From NCBI GenBank assembly GCA_045600465.1, contig JAZRXY010000005.1, positions 1 to 59,460 of the forward strand: a DNA stretch of 59,460 nucleotides. Direction: 5' to 3'. The notes beneath the pieces are model-generated. The model was not told the DNA's origin. It searched no databases and worked only from the letters and a program-made list of their open reading frames with translations. Below are positions 1 through 9,841 of the stretch, piece by piece. Source of the stretch: Bacilli bacterium. Its GTDB lineage: Bacteria; Bacillota_I; Bacilli_A; RFN20; UBA1709. The position numbers and the translations under genes were made by a program. Position 1 is the first letter of the stretch. Every line of letters begins with the position of its first letter.

Positions 1-89
1 GACACGTTGATTTATTCAACAATCTTGGCATTAGCTTAATAGATGAAATTTCAAGATTTAATGAACTATACAGAGAAACAATCCAATGA
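1..89 (+). CDS. 3' end of an unidentified gene truncated by the window edge (...HVDLFNNLGISLIDEISRFNELYRETIQ*)
   Basis: Open frame from base 3 to TGA at 87-89, followed by AT-rich spacer and a hairpin; no family recognisable. Confidence 0.4.
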   Translation, partial: HVDLFNNLGISLIDEISRFNELYRETIQ

Positions 90-171
90 CAATTTTCTAT
101 TCGTATACCTAATAATTGCATTTGTAGTGATATATATATAAGATAATGCAAATAGTCTTTATACTACTAAA

Positions 172-203
172 AAGATGTTTCTTAGCATTTAAAGAAACAT
201 CTT
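172..203. terminator. Hairpin between convergent genes, possible terminator
   Basis: AAGATGTTTCTT-8 nt-AAGAAACATCTT perfect 12-bp stem. Confidence 0.5.
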
Positions 204-215
204 CAATAAAATTAT

Positions 216-989
216 CTATGGTCGATACTTTTCAAAAATCATACAATCATATAATTTTCTTATTTTTTCTTCTTCCTTTTTAGACCTTAGCGTCCATGCA
301 AATAACGTGGCTCCTAAAAACTTTTGAAGTCTAAGAGATAAATCACTGCTATATTGATGCTCATAAGCAACAAAATCTGGACGACACATAAAGTTAAGTA
401 AAAAAGATCTTAAAGTAATGTTTTTAATAAAATTCCCTGCTGAATTCTTTTTAGAAAATCTTGATGAAAGAATTCCTCTTACTACATTAGATCTATTATC
501 TTTAAACCATTTAACATAAAACGGATTAAATGATTCTACACACCACTTACCTTGATACTTATCAAGTGTTTTAGCAGCAACTTCACATACTTTAGTATCT
601 TTAGACTCTCCTTTTATTTCTACTAGTAATGGTGTTTTACCATCTACAAGTTTTAATACTTGTTCTAATGTTGGTACGCCAATTTTATTTAATTCTTTAG
701 CGCTTAGGCTAGATACTTTCTTATCAATATTAAAAACTCTTTTTAAAGAATAGTCATGATTAATAACCGCGATATTATCTTTAGATAATTGAACGTCAAA
801 TTCCATGCCATAATTGTTCTCTACAGCCTTTTTAAAAGCTTCTAGCGTATTTTCTATTACGCCATCGCCATGTAATCCTCGATGAGCAAAATAAATGCCT
901 TTAAAAGCATTTGCACGCTTGCTAGTGCTTGGAAATATCATAAATAAATATAATGCGATAAGACCAATTACAATAATAACAATAGCCAT
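216..989 (-). CDS. Glycerophosphodiester phosphodiesterase (GDPD) family protein with N-terminal membrane anchor
   Basis: FAHRGLH, ENTLEAF, EFDVQLSKD, HD, LLVEIK motifs; hydrophobic N-terminus. Confidence 0.9.
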   Translation of the reverse strand: MAIVIIVIGLIALYLFMIFPSTSKRANAFKGIYFAHRGLHGDGVIENTLEAFKKAVENNYGMEFDVQLSKDNIAVINHDYSLKRVFNIDKKVSSLSAKELNKIGVPTLEQVLKLVDGKTPLLVEIKGESKDTKVCEVAAKTLDKYQGKWCVESFNPFYVKWFKDNRSNVVRGILSSRFSKKNSAGNFIKNITLRSFLLNFMCRPDFVAYEHQYSSDLSLRLQKFLGATLFAWTLRSKKEEEKIRKLYDCMIFEKYRP

Positions 990-1040
990 AATATCAATCC
1001 TTCTAATCCAATATAATAATATGCTTTTTTATGACATTAA

Positions 1041-1067
1041 AAAAGGCCCAATTTTTTTGGACCTTTT
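1041..1067 (-). terminator. Intrinsic terminator after hppA
   Basis: AAAAGGCCCA-loop-TGGACCTTTT stem with U-tract on minus strand. Confidence 0.5.
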
Positions 1068-1082
1068 ATAATAGTTATTTAA

Positions 1083-3128
1083 TTAACCAATTAAGCCAGC
1101 ACCACTGTTGATTAAAACAAATAGTGGAATGAAGACTAGTGAAACAACACTCATAAGCTTGATTAGAATGTTGATTGATGGACCTGATGTATCCTTGAAT
1201 GGATCACCAACAGTATCTCCAACAACTGCAGCTTTGTGTTCGTTGCTTCCCTTACGTCCGCTTGCTTCGATGTATTTCTTAGCATTATCCCATGCTCCTC
1301 CTGAGTTAGACATAAAGATTGCTAGTAAGACACCAGTTACTAGTGAGCCAGCTAGTAATCCAGCTAATCCTTCATAACCTAGAATAATACCAATAACAAC
1401 TGGGCTTAATACAGCGATAACGCCTGGGATAATCATTTCATGTAAAGCAGCCTTTGTTGAAATATCAACACATCTAGCATAGTTAGGTTTGCTTGTTCCC
1501 TTCATAATGCCAGGATCTGCTTTGAATTGACCTCTAACTTCTTCAATCATTTCGAATGCAGCTTTACCAACTGAATCCATTGTTAATGCTGAGAAGATGA
1601 ATGGTAGCATACCACCAATTAATAGACCAACGACTACTGATGGAGAAGCTAAGTTAAGTTCTGATGTAATATCAACACCAGCAATAGCGTTATTCATATT
1701 CATAATGAATGTAACGAATAATGCAAGTGATGTTAATGCTGCACTACCAATAGCGAAACCTTTACCCATAGCAGCTGTTGTATTACCAACTGAGTCAAGT
1801 TTATCTGTAATTTCACGAACTGTTTCTGGTAGTTCACTCATTTCAGCGATACCACCAGCGTTATCAGCAACAGGGCCATAAGCATCAACAGCAACTGTGA
1901 TACCTGTAGTTGATAGCATACCAACAGCAGCTAGAGCGATACCATAAACTCCACTGAAAACGTAAGCGACAATAATAGCAACTGAGATTAATAGGATAGG
2001 AACTAATGTTGATAACATACCAACTGATAGACCTGAAATAATTGTTGTTGCTGCACCTGTTTCAGATTGTTTAGCAATTTTCTTAACAAATCTGTAATCT
2101 CCAGATGTAAAGATTTCTGTAACTGTACCAATAGCGATACCAACGATTAGACCAACAAGAACTGCAAAGAATGTCTTGTACCAATCGCCTTGGAAGTAAA
2201 CGATACTAAATACTAATGCTGCAATAACAACGATTGCGCTTGCAACATATGTTCCTAGGTTTAGAGATTTTGCTGGGTCCTTGTCCCCCTTAACAAATCT
2301 ACTACCAACGATAGCAGCAATGATACCACATGCTGATAGAATCATTGGGAATAAAATACTTTCTTGAGGCATTGTAGCATAAGCCCCTAATGAAACTGCT
2401 GAAACAATAGCTCCAACGTATGATTCAAATAAGTCTGCACCCATACCTGCAACGTCACCAACGTTATCGCCAACGTTATCAGCAATAACAGCTGGGTTTC
2501 TTGGGTCATCTTCAGGAATACCTGCTTCAACTTTACCAACTAAGTCTGCACCAACGTCAGCAGCTTTTGTATAAATTCCACCACCAACACGGCTAAATAA
2601 AGCGATAGATGAAGCACCGAAGCTAAATCCTGTAATAATGTCTGTTAATGAAACAAAGTCTGTTCCTGTTCCTAAACTAAATAGATAAGTAACTAAACTT
2701 AATCCTCCTAAGCCAAGACCAACAACGCATAGTCCCATAACAGCTCCGCCTGAGAATGCTACTTGTAAAGCAGCGTTCATTCCGCCTTTAGCAGCAGCTT
2801 GTGTAGTTCTACCATTTGCAGATGTTGCTGAACGCATACCAATGAATCCAGCTAAACCAGATAATACAGCACCTAGTAAGAAGCAAATTGCTGTACCCCA
2901 GTTAATTGCAATTAGAATAACTACAAAGATAACTGCAACGACGATAGCTAGAGTTTTGTACTCTCTTTTTAAGAAAGCCATAGCTCCTTCTCTAATGTAA
3001 GATTGAATTTCTTTTAGTCTTGGATTTTCAATTTGAATTTTATCTGTTTTATTTTTTAGATAAAATGCGAATAAAATGCCAAGAATGCTAACGACTGTAA
3101 CAATCAAGATCATAATTAATGATTTCAT
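1083..3128 (-). CDS. hppA: Membrane-integral pyrophosphatase (K+-dependent, probably Na+-translocating)
   Basis: [58 protein letters not shown] motifs; start reassigned to ATG 3128 behind GGAGGT RBS. Confidence 0.96.
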   Translation of the reverse strand: MKSLIMILIVTVVSILGILFAFYLKNKTDKIQIENPRLKEIQSYIREGAMAFLKREYKTLAIVVAVIFVVILIAINWGTAICFLLGAVLSGLAGFIGMRSATSANGRTTQAAAKGGMNAALQVAFSGGAVMGLCVVGLGLGGLSLVTYLFSLGTGTDFVSLTDIITGFSFGASSIALFSRVGGGIYTKAADVGADLVGKVEAGIPEDDPRNPAVIADNVGDNVGDVAGMGADLFESYVGAIVSAVSLGAYATMPQESILFPMILSACGIIAAIVGSRFVKGDKDPAKSLNLGTYVASAIVVIAALVFSIVYFQGDWYKTFFAVLVGLIVGIAIGTVTEIFTSGDYRFVKKIAKQSETGAATTIISGLSVGMLSTLVPILLISVAIIVAYVFSGVYGIALAAVGMLSTTGITVAVDAYGPVADNAGGIAEMSELPETVREITDKLDSVGNTTAAMGKGFAIGSAALTSLALFVTFIMNMNNAIAGVDITSELNLASPSVVVGLLIGGMLPFIFSALTMDSVGKAAFEMIEEVRGQFKADPGIMKGTSKPNYARCVDISTKAALHEMIIPGVIAVLSPVVIGIILGYEGLAGLLAGSLVTGVLLAIFMSNSGGAWDNAKKYIEASGRKGSNEHKAAVVGDTVGDPFKDTSGPSINILIKLMSVVSLVFIPLFVLINSGAGLIG

Positions 3129-3233
3129 ATAAATTACCTCCAAATCTTGTTTACGCAAAAGATATTATAGTATTACAACATCTTTTATGCAAGTTACTTA
3201 AGTAACTTTTTACTTTTTTTACAAAAAACAAAC

Positions 3234-3260
3234 AAAAAAGCAGCCATATTTATGGCTGCA
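3234..3260 (-). terminator. Intrinsic terminator after ferredoxin
   Basis: GCAGCCATA/TATGGCTGC stem with U-tract on minus strand. Confidence 0.7.
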
Positions 3261-3272
3261 ATTCTTTTGTTT

Positions 3273-3470
3273 CTATTCTTCTTCGATTGCTTGAACTGGG
3301 CAAGATGATTTTGCTTCTTCTGCTGCAGCTACTAGATCATCAGGTACTTCTTCACCTAAGACGTTTTCTGCTAAGCCATCACTTGCTAGTGCAAATACTG
3401 CTCCTGCAACACCTGCACAGACACCGCAACCAATGCAAGTATCTTTTTTAACTCTGAATTTTTTTGCCAT
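3273..3470 (-). CDS. Single-cluster [4Fe-4S] ferredoxin
   Basis: CIGCGVC ... CPVQAI motif, 65 aa, GGAGG RBS. Confidence 0.92.
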   Translation of the reverse strand: MAKKFRVKKDTCIGCGVCAGVAGAVFALASDGLAENVLGEEVPDDLVAAAEEAKSSCPVQAIEEE

Positions 3471-3662
3471 AATAATAGCCTCCTACTTAACATTTTTATT
3501 ATTAATAGAATTAATAATGACACACTAATTATATATGAATATCCCTTCGTTATCAAATATTTATTATTTTTATTAACTACAAAGTAGTTAATAAACTTTT
3601 TTACAAATATGTAATGATTTTACAATATATGTTATAATTAACTAGCAAGCGGAGGTGGCAAT

Positions 3663-4331
3663 ATGAAAAAATTAATAATTGCAATTGATGGACCTGCTGG
3701 TAGTGGAAAATCTTCCATTGCTAAGTCTTTAGCTAAAAAAATAAATTATGACTATCTTGATACTGGAGCAATGTATCGTTGTTTAACCCTTGCAGCAATA
3801 GAAAAAGACCTTGATGTTTACAACGAAGATGCAATCAATAAATTGCTTGTTGAAACTAAATTAGACATCAGAGATTCAAAATTCTATGTTAATGATAAAG
3901 ACGTTACAAGTTTAATTAGAACTCCCGCTGTTAATGATAATGTTTCTATTGTCTGTGCCTACCCTAATGTTAGAAATGGTATGGCTGATATTCAAAGAGA
4001 AATTGGTAAAAAAGGTGGTTATGTCTTAGATGGAAGAGATATTGGTACTTTTGTCTTTCCTAACGCAGATATTAAGATTTTCCAAACTGCTGATGTAGAA
4101 GTAAGAGCAAAAAGACGTTTCTTGCAACTAAAAGATTTAGGAACACCTCAATCATTTGAAGAAGTATTAGAAAATGTAAAAACAAGAGATAAAATTGATT
4201 CTTCTAGAGCTCTAGCACCTCTTAAAAAAGCCGATGACGCTATTGAACTTGATACTTCAAACTTAACTAAAGAAGAAGTTGTAGATAAAATTATTGAAAT
4301 TATTGAAAATAAAGTAGGAGACGCTTACTAA
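3663..4331 (+). CDS. cmk: Cytidylate kinase
   Basis: IAIDGPAGSGKSS, DTGAMYR, DGRDIGT, RDKIDSSR motifs. Confidence 0.97.
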   Translation: MKKLIIAIDGPAGSGKSSIAKSLAKKINYDYLDTGAMYRCLTLAAIEKDLDVYNEDAINKLLVETKLDIRDSKFYVNDKDVTSLIRTPAVNDNVSIVCAYPNVRNGMADIQREIGKKGGYVLDGRDIGTFVFPNADIKIFQTADVEVRAKRRFLQLKDLGTPQSFEEVLENVKTRDKIDSSRALAPLKKADDAIELDTSNLTKEEVVDKIIEIIENKVGDAY

Positions 4332-5641
4332 TGATTGAAGGGAAAGTTGCTATTGTTGGTAGAGCTAACGTTGGTAAATCAACAATCTTTAATAGAATAG
4401 TTGGTTCCCGTTTATCAATTGTAAGTGATGAACCTGGCGTAACTAGAGATAGATTGTATGGTAAAGCCATGTGGTTAACCAAAGAATTTTCAGTAATTGA
4501 TACCGGTGGAATTGAAATCAAAGATGCCCCATTCCAAACACAAATTAGGGCACAAGTCGAGATTGCAATTGAAGAAGCCGATGTCATCGTTTTAGTATGC
4601 GATGCCCGTGTTGGGGTTAGTGATGAGGATAAGTTTGTATCTAGACTTATTCAAAAAAGTGGTAAACCTTGCATAGTTGCTGTTAATAAAATTGATGAAG
4701 GTCATATGCAACAAGATATTTATGATTTTTACTCACTTGGTGTTGGTGATCCAATTGCGGTAAGTGGACTTCATGGTATTGGTATTGGTGATATGTTAGA
4801 TGCCATCATTAAAAACTTCCCTAAAAAAGAAATAGAAGAAGAAATAGAAGGTGAAATTAAGTTTTGCTTAATTGGTAGACCTAATGTTGGTAAATCTAGC
4901 CTTGCTAATTCAATCCTAAATCAAGAAAGAGTAATCGTATCCAATATTGAGGGAACAACAAGAGACTCTATTGATACTCCTTTTATAAAAGAAGATAGAC
5001 AATATGTTGTTATTGACACTGCTGGACTAAAAAAACGCGGAAGAATATATGAAGCAGTCGATAAATATGCTGCATTGCGTGCTTTAAGCGCCATTGATAG
5101 AAGTGATGTTGTACTTTTATTAATTGATGGTGATGTTGGTATTAGAGAACAAGATAAAAATGTCGCAGGATATGCTATCGATGCTGGTAAAGCAATTGTC
5201 GTTGTTGTCAATAAATGGGACTTAGTTAAAAAAGATGAAAAAACTATGTCTAGTTTTGCCAAAAAGATTAAACAAGAGTTTAAGTTCATTGATTATGCTC
5301 CAATTGTTTTCTGTTCTGCATTAACTAAATCCAGAATTAATACAATTTTTGAAGCAATAGATATCGCATATGATAGTACAACTAAACACGTATCTACTTC
5401 TGTGTTAAATGCTATTATCATGGATGCTCAAAGAATTAATCCTGCCCCAGATTTCAATGGTGGTAGAATTAAAATCAAGTATGCTAACCAGGTTGCAATA
5501 AAACCTCCAACATTTGTGTTATTTGCAAATGATCCTGATTTCTTACATTTTAGTTACAAACGTTTTATCGAAAATAAGATAAGAGAAGCTTTCGGATTTG
5601 AAGGAACTCCTATCAAGATAATTTGCAGAAAAAGTGAATAA
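4331..5641 (+). CDS. der: Ribosome biogenesis GTPase Der (EngA)
   Basis: Two GTPase domains (GRANVGKS, GRPNVGKS, DTGG/DTAG, NKID/NKWD) plus KH-like C-terminus. Confidence 0.98.
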   Translation: MIEGKVAIVGRANVGKSTIFNRIVGSRLSIVSDEPGVTRDRLYGKAMWLTKEFSVIDTGGIEIKDAPFQTQIRAQVEIAIEEADVIVLVCDARVGVSDEDKFVSRLIQKSGKPCIVAVNKIDEGHMQQDIYDFYSLGVGDPIAVSGLHGIGIGDMLDAIIKNFPKKEIEEEIEGEIKFCLIGRPNVGKSSLANSILNQERVIVSNIEGTTRDSIDTPFIKEDRQYVVIDTAGLKKRGRIYEAVDKYAALRALSAIDRSDVVLLLIDGDVGIREQDKNVAGYAIDAGKAIVVVVNKWDLVKKDEKTMSSFAKKIKQEFKFIDYAPIVFCSALTKSRINTIFEAIDIAYDSTTKHVSTSVLNAIIMDAQRINPAPDFNGGRIKIKYANQVAIKPPTFVLFANDPDFLHFSYKRFIENKIREAFGFEGTPIKIICRKSE

Positions 5642-5643
5642 TT

Positions 5644-5664
5644 AAGCCCATAAGGGCTTTTTTT
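5644..5664 (+). terminator. Intrinsic terminator after der
   Basis: AAGCCC-ATAA-GGGCTT followed by T-tract. Confidence 0.7.
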
Positions 5665-5743
5665 ATCTACTAAATACCCCGTTTTCTTGCATATTCTCTC
5701 CTTTATTGGTATAATAAGGCAAATATTCAGGAGGTATTTAATT

Positions 5744-6013
5744 ATGAATAAAGCTGAATTAATCGAAAAAGTTGCAGAAAAAAGAAACGTTACTAAAAAA
5801 GAAGCAAACGTTTGCATCGACACAGTATTTGAAGTTATTGCTAAGGCTTTAGCAAATGGCGATGAAGTTAAAATCAGTGGATTTGGAAACTTCAAGGTTA
5901 AGAAAATTGCTGCTAGAACAGCTAAGAACCCTATGACAAAGGAAATTGTAAAAGTTCCAGCATCAAAGAAAGTCGCTTTCAAACAAGCAACAGCTTTAAA
6001 AGAAATGTTATAG
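5744..6013 (+). CDS. hup: HU family DNA-binding protein
   Basis: MNKAELIEKVA...GFGNFKV...KNPMT...VAFK; true start ATG 5744 behind GGAGGT. Confidence 0.96.
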   Translation: MNKAELIEKVAEKRNVTKKEANVCIDTVFEVIAKALANGDEVKISGFGNFKVKKIAARTAKNPMTKEIVKVPASKKVAFKQATALKEML

Positions 6014-6017
6014 TTTT

Positions 6018-6045
6018 AAAAAAGGAACCGCACGGTTCCTTTTTT
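6018..6045 (+). terminator. Intrinsic terminator after hup
   Basis: AAAAAAGGAACCG-loop-CGGTTCCTTTTTT. Confidence 0.8.
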
Positions 6046-6127
6046 GTTGCGCTAGTTTTAGCTTTGTTATAAAATAACTTTAATAAATTAAAGTTCTTAT
6101 CATTATAGTAATAAACGAGGTGATTCT

Positions 6128-6802
6128 ATGTATTGGCTTTTATTCCTTTTATGCATATTAATTTCTTTAGGTGCTCAATCTTTAGTCCAAAAAGCTTATA
6201 ACAAATATATAAGTGTTAATGCCTCTTGTGGATTAAGTGGCGCTGAAGCTGCAAGTAAGTTTATGAGAGACAACGGCGTTTATGATGTAATAATTGAACT
6301 AGGTAGTTCTAGTTCTTTAAGTGATGCCTATGATCCAACAAGAAAAACTATTAGACTTTCTAGAGCAGTATATAGCGGAACTTCTATTGCTGCTATTGCA
6401 GTAGCATGCCATGAAGCAGGTCACGCTATTCAACATGCTAAAAACTATAAAGCTCTTGTTGTTAGAAATAAAATGCTCCCTATAGTTAATATTTCTAATA
6501 GATTTTGCTGGTTAATTCTTCTAGTTGGAATTATATTTTCAATCATTGATTTTATTAACATTGGTTTGATTCTTTTTGGTGTTGTAGCTTTATTCCAATT
6601 AGTTACACTACCCGTAGAATTTAATGCTTCAAATAGAGCGCTAAATTACTTAGAAAATGAAAGTTATATTTTAAATAAAGAAGAAACTGATGGCGCCCAA
6701 AAAGTTTTAACAAGTGCTGCTTTAACTTATGTGGCTTCATTACTAGTTTCTTTAATTCAACTATTTAGATTAGTCTTAATTTTTGGAGGACGTAGAAGAT
6801 AA
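6128..6802 (+). CDS. Membrane zinc metallopeptidase (YugP-like)
   Basis: HEAGHAIQH (HExxH), LPVEFNASNRA, AALTYVA motifs. Confidence 0.9.
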   Translation: MYWLLFLLCILISLGAQSLVQKAYNKYISVNASCGLSGAEAASKFMRDNGVYDVIIELGSSSSLSDAYDPTRKTIRLSRAVYSGTSIAAIAVACHEAGHAIQHAKNYKALVVRNKMLPIVNISNRFCWLILLVGIIFSIIDFINIGLILFGVVALFQLVTLPVEFNASNRALNYLENESYILNKEETDGAQKVLTSAALTYVASLLVSLIQLFRLVLIFGGRRR

Positions 6803-7479
6803 TGAAGTATACCTTCGATGACGTTAAAGATATATTAAAAACTATCAATGATGCCGGATTTATTGCTTATCTAGTCGGTGGTAGCGTTAGAGATTATTTG
6901 ATCTATAACAACTTTAATGATATCGATATTGCAACTGATGCAAAAGTCGAAAATCTTTCAACAATCTTTAATATCCCCCGCTACGATAAATTTGCCGCAA
7001 AATTCGGTACTTTTAAGGCTGTCATTGATGGTAAAAAAGTCGAAATAACAACACTAAGAAAAGAAGGGGCTTATGAAAAAAGAAGACACCCTTATGTAAG
7101 TTTTGTAAATGACCCTAAAATTGATGTTGAACGTCGAGACTTTACTATGAATGCTATTTATATGGACCAATTTAAAAATGTCCTCGATTATTACGATGGT
7201 CAAAAAGATATCGCTAATCGCACTATTAGGTGCATTGGTGATGCAGACAGCAAAATTAAAGAAGATCCTGTTAGAATATTGCGCGCAATTAGATTTAAAA
7301 TGACACTAGATTTTTTACTAGATTCAGAACTTGAAAAAGCGATAAAAGATAACGTAAACTTAGTTGATTCTATCTCTACAGAACGTCAAAAATTAGAATT
7401 AAGCAAATTTATTAAAATTGCTCCTGTAAGTGAAATTAAAAAAGTGCTAGACTTCTATAACATAAATCTTGATAATTAA
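6802..7479 (+). CDS. cca: Class II CCA tRNA nucleotidyltransferase-like protein, unusually short (225 aa)
   Basis: LVGGSVRD, DIDIAT, RRDFTMNAI, EDPVRILRAIRF motifs; C-terminal body/tail largely absent. Confidence 0.85.
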   Translation: MKYTFDDVKDILKTINDAGFIAYLVGGSVRDYLIYNNFNDIDIATDAKVENLSTIFNIPRYDKFAAKFGTFKAVIDGKKVEITTLRKEGAYEKRRHPYVSFVNDPKIDVERRDFTMNAIYMDQFKNVLDYYDGQKDIANRTIRCIGDADSKIKEDPVRILRAIRFKMTLDFLLDSELEKAIKDNVNLVDSISTERQKLELSKFIKIAPVSEIKKVLDFYNINLDN

Positions 7480-7503
7480 TTATAATAAGTTGGGTGAATA
7501 AAT

Positions 7504-8169
7504 ATGCAAGTTAACAAACAATTATTAAAAACATTAAACTGGAGACATTTACTTCTAGAAAACTATCGTGACTTACTTTTAGATGAAAATCAAGTCATGA
7601 TTATTTTGATGTGTGATTATTGCATTAGTAATGGTGAGAAACTTGTAACACCTGAAATTTTAAGCCTCAAAATGTCTTTAAAATATGATGAGATTGATAA
7701 ATTATTAACAGGGCTTATGTCTAAAGGTTTCATTTTAATTAAAGAAGATGAAAATGGACATATGTATACTAGCCTAGATAAACTTGTTGAAATATTAAGT
7801 GATTCATTTGTTTCTAGTTTAGCTAAAAGCGATAAGTTAGAAAGAAATGGAAATGATGATAAAGAAATCTTTGATCTATTTGAAAATAAATTTGGTAGGC
7901 CATTATCATATATCGAACTTCAAACTATTCAAGCCTGGCTTGATGAAGGTTGTTCTAAATCATTAATTGTTAACTCATTAAACGAGGCCCTAGTTAAAAA
8001 AGCCTTCAATATTAGATATGTTGATCAAATTATTCTTAATAGAAAAAAAGAACAAGAAGCTAAAAACGAAGGTTACTCCACAATTAGTGATGACTGGAGA
8101 CATGACATCGAAGAAACAATAAAAATTTCTTCATTGGATTGGATCGATGAAGATGACGAAAATAAATAA
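7504..8169 (+). CDS. dnaD: DnaD domain replication protein
   Basis: FENKFGRPLSYIELQTIQAW...NIRYVDQIL DnaD/DnaB_2 domain; dnaD-nth synteny. Confidence 0.85.
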   Translation: MQVNKQLLKTLNWRHLLLENYRDLLLDENQVMIILMCDYCISNGEKLVTPEILSLKMSLKYDEIDKLLTGLMSKGFILIKEDENGHMYTSLDKLVEILSDSFVSSLAKSDKLERNGNDDKEIFDLFENKFGRPLSYIELQTIQAWLDEGCSKSLIVNSLNEALVKKAFNIRYVDQIILNRKKEQEAKNEGYSTISDDWRHDIEETIKISSLDWIDEDDENK

Positions 8170-8782
8170 GGATGCCATTTTAAATTATTTTAATGAAATA
8201 GTTCCTGACGCTAAATGTGAACTTGATTTTAATAATGACTACGAATTATTAATTGCAGTAGTTTTATCTGCTCAAGCAACAGATAAAAGTGTAAACAGAG
8301 CCACTCCTTCCCTTTTTGCTAAATATCAAGATTTTAATGCTCTAGCTAAAGCTAAAGTTGAAGATGTTGAAAACATTATTAAATCACTAGGATTATCTAA
8401 AATAAAAGCTAAAAGAATTATTGATATTGCTAATACTATTGTTAATAAATTTAACGGAGTCATTCCTAATGATTTTGACACTCTTACTTCTATAAATGGA
8501 ATTGGTAGAAAAACTGCCAATGTGATTTTGATTGAGCTTTATCATATTAAAGCTTTCCCTGTTGATACTCATATCAACAGACTAGCCCATCGATTTGCTA
8601 TTGCTAGTTTCAAAGATGACATTGTTAAAGTTGAAAAGAAATTAGCAAAATTCTTTGAAGGAGAAGACTTTCATAAACTTCATCATCAACTTATTGCTTT
8701 TGGTCGTTATTATTGCACAGCAAAAAATCCAAAGTGTGCTGAATGTAAATTAAAATGTAGCAAGAAATCCGCTACATTTTAA
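8147..8782 (+). CDS. nth: Endonuclease III (alternative start 8153)
   Basis: LLIAVVLSAQATD, HhH LTSINGIGRKTANV, VDTH, C-terminal Cys cluster. Confidence 0.95.
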   Translation: MKMTKINKDAILNYFNEIVPDAKCELDFNNDYELLIAVVLSAQATDKSVNRATPSLFAKYQDFNALAKAKVEDVENIIKSLGLSKIKAKRIIDIANTIVNKFNGVIPNDFDTLTSINGIGRKTANVILIELYHIKAFPVDTHINRLAHRFAIASFKDDIVKVEKKLAKFFEGEDFHKLHHQLIAFGRYYCTAKNPKCAECKLKCSKKSATF

Positions 8783-9351
8783 AGATTATATAGTTTATCT
8801 ACTGCTTTTAAATAATCAATTCTTATAATATATCCTTGAGGGACTTCTATCCCTCTTTTTTTAAATTCTTCATAAGGTATTGATCTTTTTGTTAAATTGT
8901 TAAATTCTTCTAAATCATCAGCATCAAGAATGTATACTTCATTTAATGTTTTAAAGTGCACAATGATAAAAGCAATACCGCCTTGTTTTTTTATTCTAAT
9001 CAAATGATCAATTTGGTGAGCGTGAATATTTGCTAAAGGGAATGATGTTTTATTCAAGGTTTCTTTAGCTTCAAAATCTATATATTTAGCCTTGTAAATT
9101 CCATTATAATCTGTTGTTGAAGGTTGCTCAAAATAAGCTTCACTTATCTTTCCTTGTTTAAATCCGCCATTTTCAATATGAACAACTTTTATTGGTGTTG
9201 GTTTTTTATAAATGATTGCTTTATTTTCTCTGCGGTAGGCCTCGTTAGAGATATTTATTTCCTCTTCGAAAGCCATTCCCCTATTTCTGCTACCATCATT
9301 TGCTTTAATAACAATTTTGCTAGCCTTTATGCCATTTGGGTAATTTATCAT
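8779..9351 (-). CDS. recU: Holliday junction resolvase RecU
   Basis: NRGMAFE, KKPTP, STTDYNGIY, DFEAKET, HQIDHL motifs. Confidence 0.96.
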   Translation of the reverse strand: MINYPNGIKASKIVIKANDGSRNRGMAFEEEINISNEAYRRENKAIIYKKPTPIKVVHIENGGFKQGKISEAYFEQPSTTDYNGIYKAKYIDFEAKETLNKTSFPLANIHAHQIDHLIRIKKQGGIAFIIVHFKTLNEVYILDADDLEEFNNLTKRSIPYEEFKKRGIEVPQGYIIRIDYLKAVDKLYNL

Positions 9352-9430
9352 TCTTTACTCCTCTTTAATATATTTTTATTATACCATAATAACTCTTTAC
9401 AATTTAGCTTTATTTTGGCAAAATGTATAT

Positions 9431-9762
9431 GCGGTTCTGGTAATCGCTACATTTGTAGAGGAAAGTCCATGCTCGCACTAGCTGTGATGCTAGTAGTGTT
9501 TGTGCCAGTTTAAAAAATAAAACTGGGTAGGTAGCAGTACCTAACGGCGAGAAAATACCTAAATTGTAAAACATGGTTAATTCTTGTAACGTGCCACAGT
9601 GACGAATCTATTAGAAATGATAGAATGCAACGCGGTAAACCCCTCAAGCGAGAAATCCAAATTTGGTAGGAGAATTTTGGAAGGAGAAACGAATCTATTC
9701 CAAAAATGTGCTTGCACATAGATAAATGATTACCTAATACAGAACATGGCTTATAAAACCGC
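9431..9762 (+). ncRNA. rnpB: RNase P RNA, bacterial type B
   Basis: GAGGAAAGTCCATGCTCGCAC, GTGCCACAGTGACG, AACGCGGTAAACCCCTC, AGAACATGGCTTA conserved segments; P1 GCGGTT/AACCGC closes the ends. Confidence 0.97.
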
Positions 9763-9768
9763 CACTTT

Positions 9769-9796
9769 ATAAAAGAGCTTTTGCTCTTTTATTTTT
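9769..9796 (+). terminator. Intrinsic terminator after rnpB
   Basis: ATAAAAGAGC-loop-GCTCTTTTAT followed by T-tract. Confidence 0.7.
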
Positions 9797-9841
9797 GTAT
9801 ATGCGCATGTTATAATTATAGGGTACAAAGAAGGTGCAACT

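Noticed and set aside
1108-1881. Plus-strand ORFs of 89 and 94 aa
   Set aside because: Antisense shadows of hppA; no RBS or family motifs. The same applies to the many 60-140 aa antisense ORFs inside der, rny, mfd, mnmE, dnaN, recF, gyrB, gyrA and serS.
5687-5743. N-terminal extension of HU in the ORF track
   Set aside because: Covers the promoter and RBS; the real start is ATG 5744
9124-9719. ORFs 9124-9513 (+) and 9510-9719 (-)
   Set aside because: They overlap recU and the RNase P RNA gene, which fully explain the sequence
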